A stretch of DNA of 64,000 nucleotides. Source: an uncultured Desulfatibacillum sp. (GTDB lineage: Bacteria > Desulfobacterota > Desulfobacteria > Desulfobacterales > SpSt-501). The stretch is from NCBI GenBank assembly GCA_964427375.1, contig CAYRUF010000006.1, positions 38,892-102,891 on the forward strand. Reading direction: 5' to 3'. Below, piece after piece: positions 1-8,273 of this stretch (positions are counted from its first letter, which is position 1; each line of letters starts with the position of its first letter). A program made the position numbers and the translations under genes. Under the pieces are notes generated by a model, which saw only the letters and a program-made list of their open reading frames with translations, did not search any database and was not told the origin of the DNA.

Positions 1-280
1 GCCGATCGCGTTGGTTCCCGCAATAGACGCAGCGGAAGCCGTCGCGCACAAAGACATTGCGCTTCGAGAACGCCACTCCGGCCCGGTAAATGGTCCGAAT
101 CAGCTTGATCAGGCGCAGGACCGTCGGAACCCGGAAGACTTTTCCCCCGGAGCTGAGCACCGTTTCCGGTGAATCCTTGACGACTTCCACCTTTCCCTTG
201 GTGATCAGGCACAGGGCGCGCTTCCAGTTGACCAGGTTGAGAAACGAATAATCGGCGTTCAGGAGGATGCAGGGGCTCAT
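1..280 (-). CDS. HNH endonuclease, N-terminal part (gene continues beyond the left window edge)
   Basis: Reverse-strand ATG at 280-278. Translation MSPCILLNADYSFLNLVNWKRALCLITKGKVEVV...RNVFVRDGFRCVYCGN resembles the small stand-alone HNH nuclease family up to its first Cys pair. Absent from the ORF track because there is no stop in the window. Confidence 0.7.
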   Translation of the reverse strand, partial: MSPCILLNADYSFLNLVNWKRALCLITKGKVEVVKDSPETVLSSGGKVFRVPTVLRLIKLIRTIYRAGVAFSKRNVFVRDGFRCVYCGNQRDR

Positions 281-390
281 TACCGGATTCAATACCCCAA
301 TGCAACGGCAAAATCAACATTCGGTCGCCGGCCGAAACCCTTGTTCCCCAAACCTTGAAAGTGCCGGCCATTCTGGTTATAAGTGGCTGC

Positions 391-1299
391 ATGATCATGC
401 CGCTGCTGCGGGCCGCTGCCATTTTTCTTCTGGTGCTTTCCGGCGGAGCGTGCGCGCATCTGCCGCGGAGCCGGCCGGTTGGTATCGACGCGGCGGCCGT
501 TCGAGACCTCGGCCCCGTTCAGGCGGTTCTCGAGTCAGCGGACGGCGCTTCCGCGCATCTGCTGTTGACCGAGATCGGGCGGATCGCCTATCCGGGGATG
601 GACGCTCCCATCTGGCGGGTCGCCTATCGTCCGTTCCAGCCGGACCTGAAGCAGGTCCTGGTTCTGGCCGGAACCCACGGCAATGAGACCGCCGGATTGG
701 AGGCTGCGCTGGCCCTGATTGAGCGCCTGCGCTCGGCCCCGGGATCCGACACGCTGTACGACCTGGATATCATCCCGTTGATCAACCCCTGGGGATGGGT
801 TCACGATCGCCCCTTGACCCAGGCGGGGATCGATATCGCCGATGACTTCAACCGGTTCGATTCAAGGGAAGCCAGGATCGTCCGGCGCTTCCTGCGGGGC
901 AAGCGCTATGATCTCGTGCTCGACCTGCGGGAGGACCCACGCGCCGCGGGGTTCTATTTGAGGCAGTATGCCAGCGGCCGGATCGAAGCGGCGGCCCGGA
1001 TCATCGACCGGATGCGCGCCGCAGGCGACCCCATCGAGAGCAATTCGGACCGGGTTCTGCTGAAACCCCAAAACGGCGTCCTCGATGTGCCCGGCTGGAG
1101 CTTGGCGGTGATGCGGTGGACCCGCCGGCTGACCATGGCCGGATACATTCGCCAGAACGTCAGCAACATGGTGTTCAGTGTCGTCACCCCGGCGAACCTT
1201 CCGCTGCCCGACCGCGTCGCCATGCAGCGGGTGGCGGCGGAGGGACTGCTGGCTGAATTCGCCGGACCGGCAGATCCGGCCGAGCGCGCGCCGGATTGA
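391..1299 (+). CDS. M14-family zinc carboxypeptidase / succinylglutamate desuccinylase-like protein, probably exported
   Basis: ORF 355-1299 (TTG at 355, first ATG at 391). N-terminus MIMPLLRAAAIFLLVLSGGAC looks like a signal/lipobox. LAGTHGNETAG is the HxxE zinc motif. PLINPWG is typical of the fold. Confidence 0.8.
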   Translation: MIMPLLRAAAIFLLVLSGGACAHLPRSRPVGIDAAAVRDLGPVQAVLESADGASAHLLLTEIGRIAYPGMDAPIWRVAYRPFQPDLKQVLVLAGTHGNETAGLEAALALIERLRSAPGSDTLYDLDIIPLINPWGWVHDRPLTQAGIDIADDFNRFDSREARIVRRFLRGKRYDLVLDLREDPRAAGFYLRQYASGRIEAAARIIDRMRAAGDPIESNSDRVLLKPQNGVLDVPGWSLAVMRWTRRLTMAGYIRQNVSNMVFSVVTPANLPLPDRVAMQRVAAEGLLAEFAGPADPAERAPD

Positions 1300-1387
1300 T
1301 GGGGCCGTCGTGTCTTCGCGACCCGAAACGGCCGCTTTCCAGGCAACCGCCCGGGCTTGCCGAAACCCGGCATCGCGGAGGAATCTC

Positions 1388-1786
1388 GTGAGTCAGCGCC
1401 CATGCGTGCAACCGCTCAAAAAAGTTAAAGTTAGGCTGCAGGCCGGCGCGACGGACGCCGTCATGGACATCCCTCTGCCGAGCCCCGATATCGATTTCAT
1501 CTTCGGCATCGGTTCCGGCGGATGGACGCCCTTCGAGCGCCTTCTATCCGACCGCCGCGAAACCGAATCGTTTTCAGGCCATGTGGCCGGCGCGGAAGCA
1601 GGCCTCTTTTTCGGCCATGTGGCCCCTGCCCTCGGCCGCCTGTTTGAAACCCGGGAGACCGTGTTTTTCAAGGCCTGCATCCTCGCCGTCGAGACCCCGC
1701 CGCCGCGCGAGGTCATCAAGGCCATGGCCGACGCAGCGGCCCACGGCCACGAGGGGGGGTGCGACTGCGGCTGCGGCTGCAGCTGA
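1388..1786 (+). CDS. Small SlyD/FKBP-like protein with a C-terminal His/Cys metal-binding tail (tentative)
   Basis: In-frame GTG at 1388 lies 5 nt after GGAGGA (1377-1382). DIDFIFGIGSGGWTPFERLL and VFFKACILAVETPPPREV loosely follow the FKBP/SlyD pattern. The tail is HGHEGGCDCGCGCS. Confidence 0.5.
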   Translation: MSQRPCVQPLKKVKVRLQAGATDAVMDIPLPSPDIDFIFGIGSGGWTPFERLLSDRRETESFSGHVAGAEAGLFFGHVAPALGRLFETRETVFFKACILAVETPPPREVIKAMADAAAHGHEGGCDCGCGCS

Positions 1787-1847
1787 CGGACGCTTTTCGG
1801 AGAATCGCCGGGAACGCCGTTTCGTCCCGGGTTCAAAGGGAGCTACC

Positions 1848-2426
1848 ATGGCAACACCCTGGAAAGTTGAATTCGGCCGCAGGGTCGCAGCGCTCCTGCT
1901 GCTGGGAATGATCGGGGTCTGGACGCATCCGCTCGCGACGGCCGGGGAGCCGGAGCGGTCCTGGGGGCAGACGGTGTATGTGCCGGTCTATTCGCACATC
2001 CTCTACGGCGACCGCGGCGCCGCGTTCAACCTGGCCACGACGCTGGCCATCCGCAACGCCGACCCGGGCCAGTCCCTCTCGGTGATATCGGCGGACTATT
2101 ACGACTCCGGCGGACGCCTCATCCAAAAATACCTCCGCGGGCCGGTGGTGCTGAAACCGCTTGCTTCCACCGAGATTTTCATTCCCGAGAGCGACACCAG
2201 CGGCGGCTTCGGGGCGAGCTTCCTCGTCCGCTGGGCCTCGGCAGAAGCGGTCGTTCCGCCGATCATCGAATGCCTCATGATTGGAGCCCGCTCCGGCCAG
2301 GGCATCTCTTTCGTCAGCCACAGCCGCGTGGTTCAGGAGGCCCCCCCCGGGCAATCTGGGCACAAGGGCCGACCGCCGGCGCCGGCCATCAAGCCTGATA
2401 AACCAGCAACTAGTCATCAAGATTGA
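1848..2426 (+). CDS. DUF3124-like secreted protein
   Basis: ATG at 1848 after AAAGGGAG. Signal-like RRVAALLLLGMIGVWTHPLATA. Conserved-looking QTVYVPVYSHILYG ... TLAIRNAD ... ISADYYDSGGRL ... GGFGASFLVRW. Confidence 0.7.
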   Translation: MATPWKVEFGRRVAALLLLGMIGVWTHPLATAGEPERSWGQTVYVPVYSHILYGDRGAAFNLATTLAIRNADPGQSLSVISADYYDSGGRLIQKYLRGPVVLKPLASTEIFIPESDTSGGFGASFLVRWASAEAVVPPIIECLMIGARSGQGISFVSHSRVVQEAPPGQSGHKGRPPAPAIKPDKPATSHQD

Positions 2427-2523
2427 TGCGCGGGAGTTCGGTGAAACAAGTGTGCGGCGGACCGCTTCGCGCGCGGGAAGTGCTGAATGGGAGCGGGGAG
2501 GATCAGCCAGCGATCCGGCGGCG

Positions 2524-3360
2524 CTAGTTGATCTCGGTCAAGACTTGGTATTTGCGGGCCGCGCTGCGGTGGCGGAAGAGGGTCGCAGGCATTTCAACCG
2601 AACGGAAGCGATCGTCGGTAGCGGTCTGAGGATCGAAAACGCGCAGCACGTAGGGCTGGCGGTGGCTGCCGGTCGCCTCATTCAGCCACCGCGCGGCTTC
2701 GGCGACCTCATCCGGGGTCAGGCAGCGGATGGCCTCCGGGCCCTCTTCCGCCCGCACGACGGGCGCAACCGTGGTCTCGAATCGGTACTCGGGGAACCGG
2801 ACCGCCAGCGCCATGCTGCGCTGGACCTCCTCCGTATCAACCGGTCCTCCGGTCATCGCCGCGTAAAGCGGCCGCGGCCCCTTCAGCTCCATGATCACCC
2901 GGTCGCCCAGCCCTTCGGCAAGCAGCCGCTCCAGAACCGCGGCCTTCCGGCCGTCGGTGTCCAACTGCAGCTTCAGGCCGATCCGCTTCAGAAAGCCCAG
3001 AACCGCGAGCAGGTCCTCCAGCGCGGCCGGCTCGCCCTTCGAGACGTGCAGCCCCCCGACCCAGCCCTTGGAAACCTCGCTGCGGCCGATGAACCCGTCG
3101 AGCCGGTTTGCGGCCTGCAGCCAGGCGATGACGGCCGCGACGCCCTGACGGACCTCGGATCCGTCGGCCAGGATGGGGAATTCTATGCCGTCGGCTCCCC
3201 GAACGATGGCCGCGCGGTGCGTCCGGTAGAATGCCCCGAAGCGCTCCTTCCCCTCCCCGATCGCGTCGTGCTCGTCGAAAACCAGATTCTGCTCGTGCAT
3301 GAATTTCTTGGCGATCCGGCAGCGCGCACAGCCGGTTGCCGTAAAAAGGACCAGACTCAT
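2524..3360 (-). CDS. Glutaredoxin/NrdH-like CxxC domain fused to a radical-SAM-activase-like domain lacking the CX3CX2C cluster
   Basis: ATG at 3360 with GAGGAG RBS, 12 nt after the ASST-like stop. N-terminus MSLVLFTATGCARCRIAKKF (CxxC). C-terminal GGLHVSKGEP...LKLQLDTDGRK resembles the GGE and TNG regions of NrdG/PflA-type activases. Confidence 0.75.
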   Translation of the reverse strand: MSLVLFTATGCARCRIAKKFMHEQNLVFDEHDAIGEGKERFGAFYRTHRAAIVRGADGIEFPILADGSEVRQGVAAVIAWLQAANRLDGFIGRSEVSKGWVGGLHVSKGEPAALEDLLAVLGFLKRIGLKLQLDTDGRKAAVLERLLAEGLGDRVIMELKGPRPLYAAMTGGPVDTEEVQRSMALAVRFPEYRFETTVAPVVRAEEGPEAIRCLTPDEVAEAARWLNEATGSHRQPYVLRVFDPQTATDDRFRSVEMPATLFRHRSAARKYQVLTEIN

Positions 3361-3372
3361 CCGGGCGTCTCC

Positions 3373-4815
3373 TCAACTCGTTTCGACCACATCGGTGCGC
3401 ACGCACAGCGCCGCATCCGGCCGGTACGGCAGGACACCCGCGACGCTCACGGTGCGGCGCGCTCCCGGCGGCGAGGCGCCCGGCACCCGGAAGCGCGTCA
3501 CGTCGATGCGTTCGATCGCCCGTTCGGCCGGTTTTTCGATCTGCGGCACCCATTCGTAAGGCACCCGGTAGGCGCGGTAGATCATGTTGATCTTCAGCAT
3601 CCGGCCCCAATAGGGGCTGATGTACTCCCAGACGATCTCATGGCCGGCGGTGACCTCGATGAGGCGGCCGCCCGAGCCCTCGGTGATCAGGGTGTTCCCG
3701 TTCGGCAGGCGCTGGGCCGAGCTGATGAAGGGGCTGTAGAACCGGTTCGCATCCACCGGGAACGCCAGCCCGGCCTCGACCGGCGTGTACTGCCAGACGA
3801 CCTGCAGCGAGACCGGATCGATTTCGAGCACCCGCGAATAATCGCGCAGTGCGTTCCTGAATCCCGTGGGCGAACCGGGGTTGGGCGCCCCGTAGCCGGC
3901 CCAGCCGCCGTTGTCGAAGACCAGGATGTGGCCCTCGCCGGGAAGCCCGCGCGGAATCATGTGGGCGTGGTGCTGGCCGATGATCCATCCCAGCCGTCGC
4001 AGCTCGGCGGTCTCATCGTAGGTGGGGCCGAGGCGCCAGACGATCCGGCCGGTCTGCTTGTCGACGATGGCCGTGATGTTGGATTCCCGCGCGCACCAGA
4101 TGATGTTGTCCGGGTGGAAGCGCCGGTCGCCCGCGTCGAACCAGCGGTTGGGTCCCAGCAGCGACATGGAGTTGATGTGCATCCAGTCGCCGGCCCCGCC
4201 CCCGGACTTCAGCCAGTTGGGGTTGCGGAACAGGAGGTTCTTGGCGTCCTCCCGGAAGCCGAGCTCGTCGAAATGCTCGCTGCACACCCATTCCCAGATC
4301 ACCTCGCCCTCCCAGTCGACCTCGATGATGCTGTCGTCCAGGAGCGGCTTGTCGCAGATGGCGGGATTCCTCACGTTCTTGTGGGAGAGGATCATGGTGC
4401 GGCCCCGGTCGGTCAGGGGCTCCAGGCCCGGGGCATAGTAGCCCACCGGATTGCCTTCGCGCTGGTAGTCGTGATGCTGCCGGGCCATCCATTGCGGCGC
4501 TTCGCCGGGGTCCTCGATGAACTCGTACTGGTTGAAGCGCCAGACCACGTTGCCGTCCCAGTCCACCTGGACCAGGTCGATCCCGTCCTGGCTGCCGAAG
4601 GCCGTGCTGCGCTCACCGGTGCTGCCGATCAGGTGGCCGCCCGGCAGAATGCGATTGGGCATCCCGTGCAGCTCCTTCCACAGCTGGACTTCGCCGCCGT
4701 TCATGTCGATCAGCAGCGCCCCCACCTCCTTGGCCTGGAACACGGTGTAGCCGTTCCAACACCGGCCGGGGTCGTAGAGCGTCGTTCCGGTGGGAAAGAT
4801 ACTGGGATAGGTCAT
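3373..4815 (-). CDS. Arylsulfotransferase (ASST) family beta-propeller protein, no signal peptide
   Basis: Track ORF 3373-5274 overlaps tctA. The realistic start is ATG 4815 (MTYPSIFPTG) preceded by AGGAGG at 4825-4830. WDGNVVWRF, EGEVIWEW, GRIVWRL, LQVVWQY and GHEIVWEY are repeated propeller blades typical of ASST-like proteins. Confidence 0.8.
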   Translation of the reverse strand: MTYPSIFPTGTTLYDPGRCWNGYTVFQAKEVGALLIDMNGGEVQLWKELHGMPNRILPGGHLIGSTGERSTAFGSQDGIDLVQVDWDGNVVWRFNQYEFIEDPGEAPQWMARQHHDYQREGNPVGYYAPGLEPLTDRGRTMILSHKNVRNPAICDKPLLDDSIIEVDWEGEVIWEWVCSEHFDELGFREDAKNLLFRNPNWLKSGGGAGDWMHINSMSLLGPNRWFDAGDRRFHPDNIIWCARESNITAIVDKQTGRIVWRLGPTYDETAELRRLGWIIGQHHAHMIPRGLPGEGHILVFDNGGWAGYGAPNPGSPTGFRNALRDYSRVLEIDPVSLQVVWQYTPVEAGLAFPVDANRFYSPFISSAQRLPNGNTLITEGSGGRLIEVTAGHEIVWEYISPYWGRMLKINMIYRAYRVPYEWVPQIEKPAERAIERIDVTRFRVPGASPPGARRTVSVAGVLPYRPDAALCVRTDVVETS

Positions 4816-4835
4816 TTGCTGTTGCCTCCTGAATG

Positions 4836-6338
4836 TTAGTCTTCTTTGAATGCCGTCTCCCGCCCGCGGCGGATGCCCGGCAGAGCCACCGCGATCAGCA
4901 TGCCCGCCGCGAGGACGAGGAAGGCCAGCGACAGGGGGCGCGCAACGAACACGGACGGGTCGCCGCGCGAAAGCAGCATGGCCCGCCGCAGGTTTTCCTC
5001 CAGCATCGGGCCCAGGACAAAACCCAGGATGAGCGGGGCCGGCTCGCATTCGAGCTTGTGGAACACGTAGCCGAGCAGCCCGCACAGGGCCGTCAGTCCG
5101 ATGTCGAAGGTGTTGTTGTTCACGCTGTAGAGCCCGATGCAGCAGAACACCAGGATCGCGGGATACAGCAGGCGGTAGGGAACCGAGAGCAGCCGCACCC
5201 AGATCCCCACCAGCGGCAGGTTCAGCACCACCAGGATGATGTTGCCGAGCCACATGGAAACGATGACGCCCCAAAAAAGGGCCGGGTTGCTGGTGATGAC
5301 CCGCGGACCCGGCTGGATGCCGTGGATCATCATGGCGCCGGCCATCATCGCCAGGATCACGTTGGGCGGGATGCCGAGCGTGAGCAGCGGCACGAAGGAG
5401 GTCTGGGCCGCCGCGTTGTTGGCCGATTCGGGGGCGGCCACCCCGCGAATGTCACCCTGGCCGAAGCGCCCCGGGTCGTGCGCGCACTTCTTCTCGATCA
5501 TGTAGGCCGTAAACGATGAGATGATCGCCCCGCCGCCCGGCAGGATCCCCAGAAGCGAGCCGCACAGGGTGCCGCGCAGCACGGCCGGCGCGGCCGCGCG
5601 AAGGTCCTCCTTCTTCAGCCACAGCCCGGTGAGCTGGCTCTTCAGGATGTCGCGCTTCTCGCGCTTTTCGAGGCTGTTGATGATGTCGCAGATGCCGAAA
5701 AGGCCCATGGCCAGGGACACGAATCCGATGCCGTCGGCCAGTTCGGTAATCCCGAACGTGAAGCGGTGCGCGCCGCTGGTGACATCGGTCCCGATCATGC
5801 CCAGCAGCAGCCCGATCGCAATCATGCCGACCGCCTTGAGCATGGACCCGGAGGCCAGCACGACCGAGCCGATCAGACCGAAGACCATGAGCGAGAAGTA
5901 CTCCGCCGGCCCGAACCGGAACGCCAGCTCGGACAGCGGCACCGCCAGAACGGCCAGGACCAGGGTGGCGAAGGAGCCGGCCGCGAACGAGCCCAGGGCC
6001 GAAATGGTCAGCGCCGCGCCGGCCCGCCCCTGCCGCGCCATCTGGTGCCCGTCGAGGCAGGTCACGACCGAGGAGGCCTCGCCCGGCACGTTCACCAAAA
6101 TGGAGGTCGTCGACCCGCCGTACTGGGCGCCGTAGTAGATGCCGGCCAGCATGATCAGCGCCGAGACCGGCGGCAGGGCGAACGTGGTGGGCAGGAGAAT
6201 GGCGATGGTCTGGACCGGGCCGATGCCCGGCAGGACCCCGATGAGGGTGCCGATCAGGGCTCCGACCAGGCAGTATAGAAGATTCATGGGAGTGACGGCA
6301 GTCTGGAATCCGAGCGCCAAATTGGACAGCAGTTCCAT
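4836..6338 (-). CDS. tctA: Tripartite tricarboxylate transporter large permease TctA
   Basis: 500 aa polytopic protein. MELLSNLALGFQTAVTPMNLLYCLVGALIGTLIGVLPGIGPV is a typical TctA N-terminus. Confidence 0.9.
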   Translation of the reverse strand: MELLSNLALGFQTAVTPMNLLYCLVGALIGTLIGVLPGIGPVQTIAILLPTTFALPPVSALIMLAGIYYGAQYGGSTTSILVNVPGEASSVVTCLDGHQMARQGRAGAALTISALGSFAAGSFATLVLAVLAVPLSELAFRFGPAEYFSLMVFGLIGSVVLASGSMLKAVGMIAIGLLLGMIGTDVTSGAHRFTFGITELADGIGFVSLAMGLFGICDIINSLEKREKRDILKSQLTGLWLKKEDLRAAAPAVLRGTLCGSLLGILPGGGAIISSFTAYMIEKKCAHDPGRFGQGDIRGVAAPESANNAAAQTSFVPLLTLGIPPNVILAMMAGAMMIHGIQPGPRVITSNPALFWGVIVSMWLGNIILVVLNLPLVGIWVRLLSVPYRLLYPAILVFCCIGLYSVNNNTFDIGLTALCGLLGYVFHKLECEPAPLILGFVLGPMLEENLRRAMLLSRGDPSVFVARPLSLAFLVLAAGMLIAVALPGIRRGRETAFKED

Positions 6339-6359
6339 GAAACATCCACCCCTGGCCGT

Positions 6360-6827
6360 TCAGAAACGGCCAGCGATAAAGGAGGGCCAGACCGGCAATT
6401 GGAAATCGAGGAAGTAGACGAACACCGCCAGCACGATGCCGGTCAGCGCGGCGGCATTCAGGAGTGCTTCCTTCCAGCGAAATTCATGGCTGGCCCGGCT
6501 GGCGAGAACGACGAGGGCGGCGGTCGACAGCAGCAGTCCCAGTGGTTTCAGGATCTGGCTGAAAAGCACCACCGAAACGAGGATGATCGCCACGGGCTTG
6601 AGCTGCAGAGCCGGCCACCGGGAGGATTCCTGGCGCCCTGCGACCCCTCTCAGCAGGATCAGGCCGCCGAGCACGACTAAAAACCCGCCGAGCACGAGCG
6701 GGAAATACCCCGGCCCCATTTTGGCGGCGCTGCCGATCGTCAGGCCGAACGACAGGACCATGGCCGCCGCGCCGAAAAAAACGAACATCACGCCGGTCAG
6801 GAAATCCTTCGGATGCCGGATGCGCAT
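6360..6827 (-). CDS. tctB: Tripartite tricarboxylate transporter small permease TctB
   Basis: 155 aa four-TM protein 21 nt upstream of tctA, at the usual TctB position and size. Confidence 0.8.
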   Translation of the reverse strand: MRIRHPKDFLTGVMFVFFGAAAMVLSFGLTIGSAAKMGPGYFPLVLGGFLVVLGGLILLRGVAGRQESSRWPALQLKPVAIILVSVVLFSQILKPLGLLLSTAALVVLASRASHEFRWKEALLNAAALTGIVLAVFVYFLDFQLPVWPSFIAGRF

Positions 6828-6898
6828 GGAAAATCCTTTTCGGTTCTTATCATTGACATCCGTTCATCGCCCTCTGTTGGAATGGCGCAGGGATGCCT

Positions 6899-7115
6899 GG
6901 AGGGGGGCTGCGCCTCGCAGGAGCCGCCGCAATTTTTCCGGCAGCGGTCTCAACGGCAGCAATCCCGCTCAGATACGCCCAGAAAGCCCCAAACCGAAGC
7001 GCCCCACGACGGAGGCTGCCGTCACTGCCAGTGCGGAGCCATCCTAAAAGTTATCGGGGCGTGACGAAGCCTCGGCGTCTTTTGCGGCGGCCCCTGCGAG
7101 GCGCAGCCCCCCTCC
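6899..7115. repeat. 217-bp element bounded by 32-bp terminal inverted repeats (31/32 match), inside the tctC-tctB spacer
   Basis: GGAGGGGGGCTGCGCCTCGCAGGAGCCGCCGC at 6899-6930. Its reverse complement lies at 7084-7115 with one mismatch. Confidence 0.7.
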
Positions 7116-7164
7116 GGGTCTTCTTTATCAATGAGCAAATCGCTCGATTTCGGACGAAGCCAAT

Positions 7165-8127
7165 CTATTCGGCCTTGAACCCGGACGCCTGGATGATCGG
7201 CACCCAGCGCTCGCGGTCCTTCTTGAAAACGGCGCCGCATTCCTCCGGCGTGGTTCCGGCCGGATCGCTGCCCATCCCCTTGATCTTCTCAACGACGTCC
7301 GCTGACTGCACCGCCTTGACAACGGCCGCGCTCAGCTTGTCGATGACGGGTTTGGGAGTCTTGGCCGGCACGACGAGAGCGTTCCAGCCCACTCCCTCGA
7401 TCTCCGGAAAGCCCGCTTCCTTGAAGGTGGGGATGTCCGGCTGCTTGCGCGAAGTTCCGGCCGTGGCCAGGATGCGGATCTTGTCCGGATGGTAGGCCGA
7501 CTGGGCATCATAGGCATCGACGCCGATCGGAATCTGGTTGCCGATCAAGGCGGTCACCAGCGGACCCGACCCGTTGTAGGAGGAATGCACCATCTCGACC
7601 CCCGCCGCCTTGCCGATCATGAGGCCGAAAAAATGCGGCAAGCTGCCGGCGGCCGGAGATCCGTAGTTGGCCTGGTTCGGGTTTTTCTGGATCCATTCGA
7701 TCAGGCCTTTGACGTCCTTGATCGGCGAGGCCGGCGGCACCGAGGCGCAGAACTGGTAGACCTGGATGAGAGACACCGGTGCGAAGTCGGCATCCGGGTC
7801 GTAGGCCAGCTTGGAGAACACCACCGGCGCCACGACGAACAGGGCCGGGTTCACCAGCAGCAGCGTGGTGCCGTCCGCCGGCTGGCCCTTGGCGTACTCC
7901 GTACCGATGCGCCCGCCGGCGCCGGGCTTGTTTTCCACAATCACCGTCTGGCCGAGGGAATCCTTCAGCTTGTCCGCGATGAGCCGGGCCACCACATCCG
8001 AGCCGCCACCCGCCGGGTACGGCACGACGATCTTGATGGGGCCTTTGATTTCCTGGGCGGATAGCATGCCCCCTCCGCCAAGAACGACCATCATGGCCAC
8101 CAGCACCCCGATGCAGCATCTACGCAT
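7165..8127 (-). CDS. tctC: Tripartite tricarboxylate transporter substrate-binding protein TctC (Bug family)
   Basis: ATG 8127 after AGGAGG. Signal peptide, then IKIVVPYPAGGGSDVVARLIADKL, a typical Bug/TctC motif. Confidence 0.9.
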   Translation of the reverse strand: MRRCCIGVLVAMMVVLGGGGMLSAQEIKGPIKIVVPYPAGGGSDVVARLIADKLKDSLGQTVIVENKPGAGGRIGTEYAKGQPADGTTLLLVNPALFVVAPVVFSKLAYDPDADFAPVSLIQVYQFCASVPPASPIKDVKGLIEWIQKNPNQANYGSPAAGSLPHFFGLMIGKAAGVEMVHSSYNGSGPLVTALIGNQIPIGVDAYDAQSAYHPDKIRILATAGTSRKQPDIPTFKEAGFPEIEGVGWNALVVPAKTPKPVIDKLSAAVVKAVQSADVVEKIKGMGSDPAGTTPEECGAVFKKDRERWVPIIQASGFKAE

Positions 8128-8154
8128 GGCGAAACCTCCTTTGGGTAAGGGTTC

Positions 8155-8183
8155 TTGACTCTCGTTTGGACTAACGTTATACA
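8155..8183 (+). promoter_or_regulatory. Candidate sigma70 promoter for the GntR gene (TTGACT-17-TATACA) overlapping a GTTAT-N4-ATAAC palindrome
   Basis: TTGACT at 8155-8160, TATACA at 8178-8183. The palindrome GTTATACAGATAAC at about 8176-8189 is a possible GntR operator. Confidence 0.3.
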
Positions 8184-8273
8184 GATAACCGATAGCGTGT
8201 CAAGCGCATTTGCCGGCCGGCGGCCGATTCGGTCGTTGCGAATCTCGTCCTTCGGTCGGCGCAGGTTACCGTT

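Noticed and set aside
2281-4839. 852-aa plus-strand ORF (the longest in this region)
   Set aside because: It is antisense to the Grx-fusion and ASST-like genes. Its composition is Arg/Ala/Gly/Pro-rich with no motifs. It is a typical GC3 shadow ORF, and the minus-strand genes have RBSs and recognisable domains.
3373-5274. 633-aa version of the ASST-like ORF, and similar N-terminal extensions of track ORFs (40707-41747, 46254-48794, 55034-56677, 57830-59518, 27562-28560)
   Set aside because: The extensions overlap the upstream gene in another frame and lack RBSs. Internal ATGs with SD sequences and family-typical N-termini were used instead.
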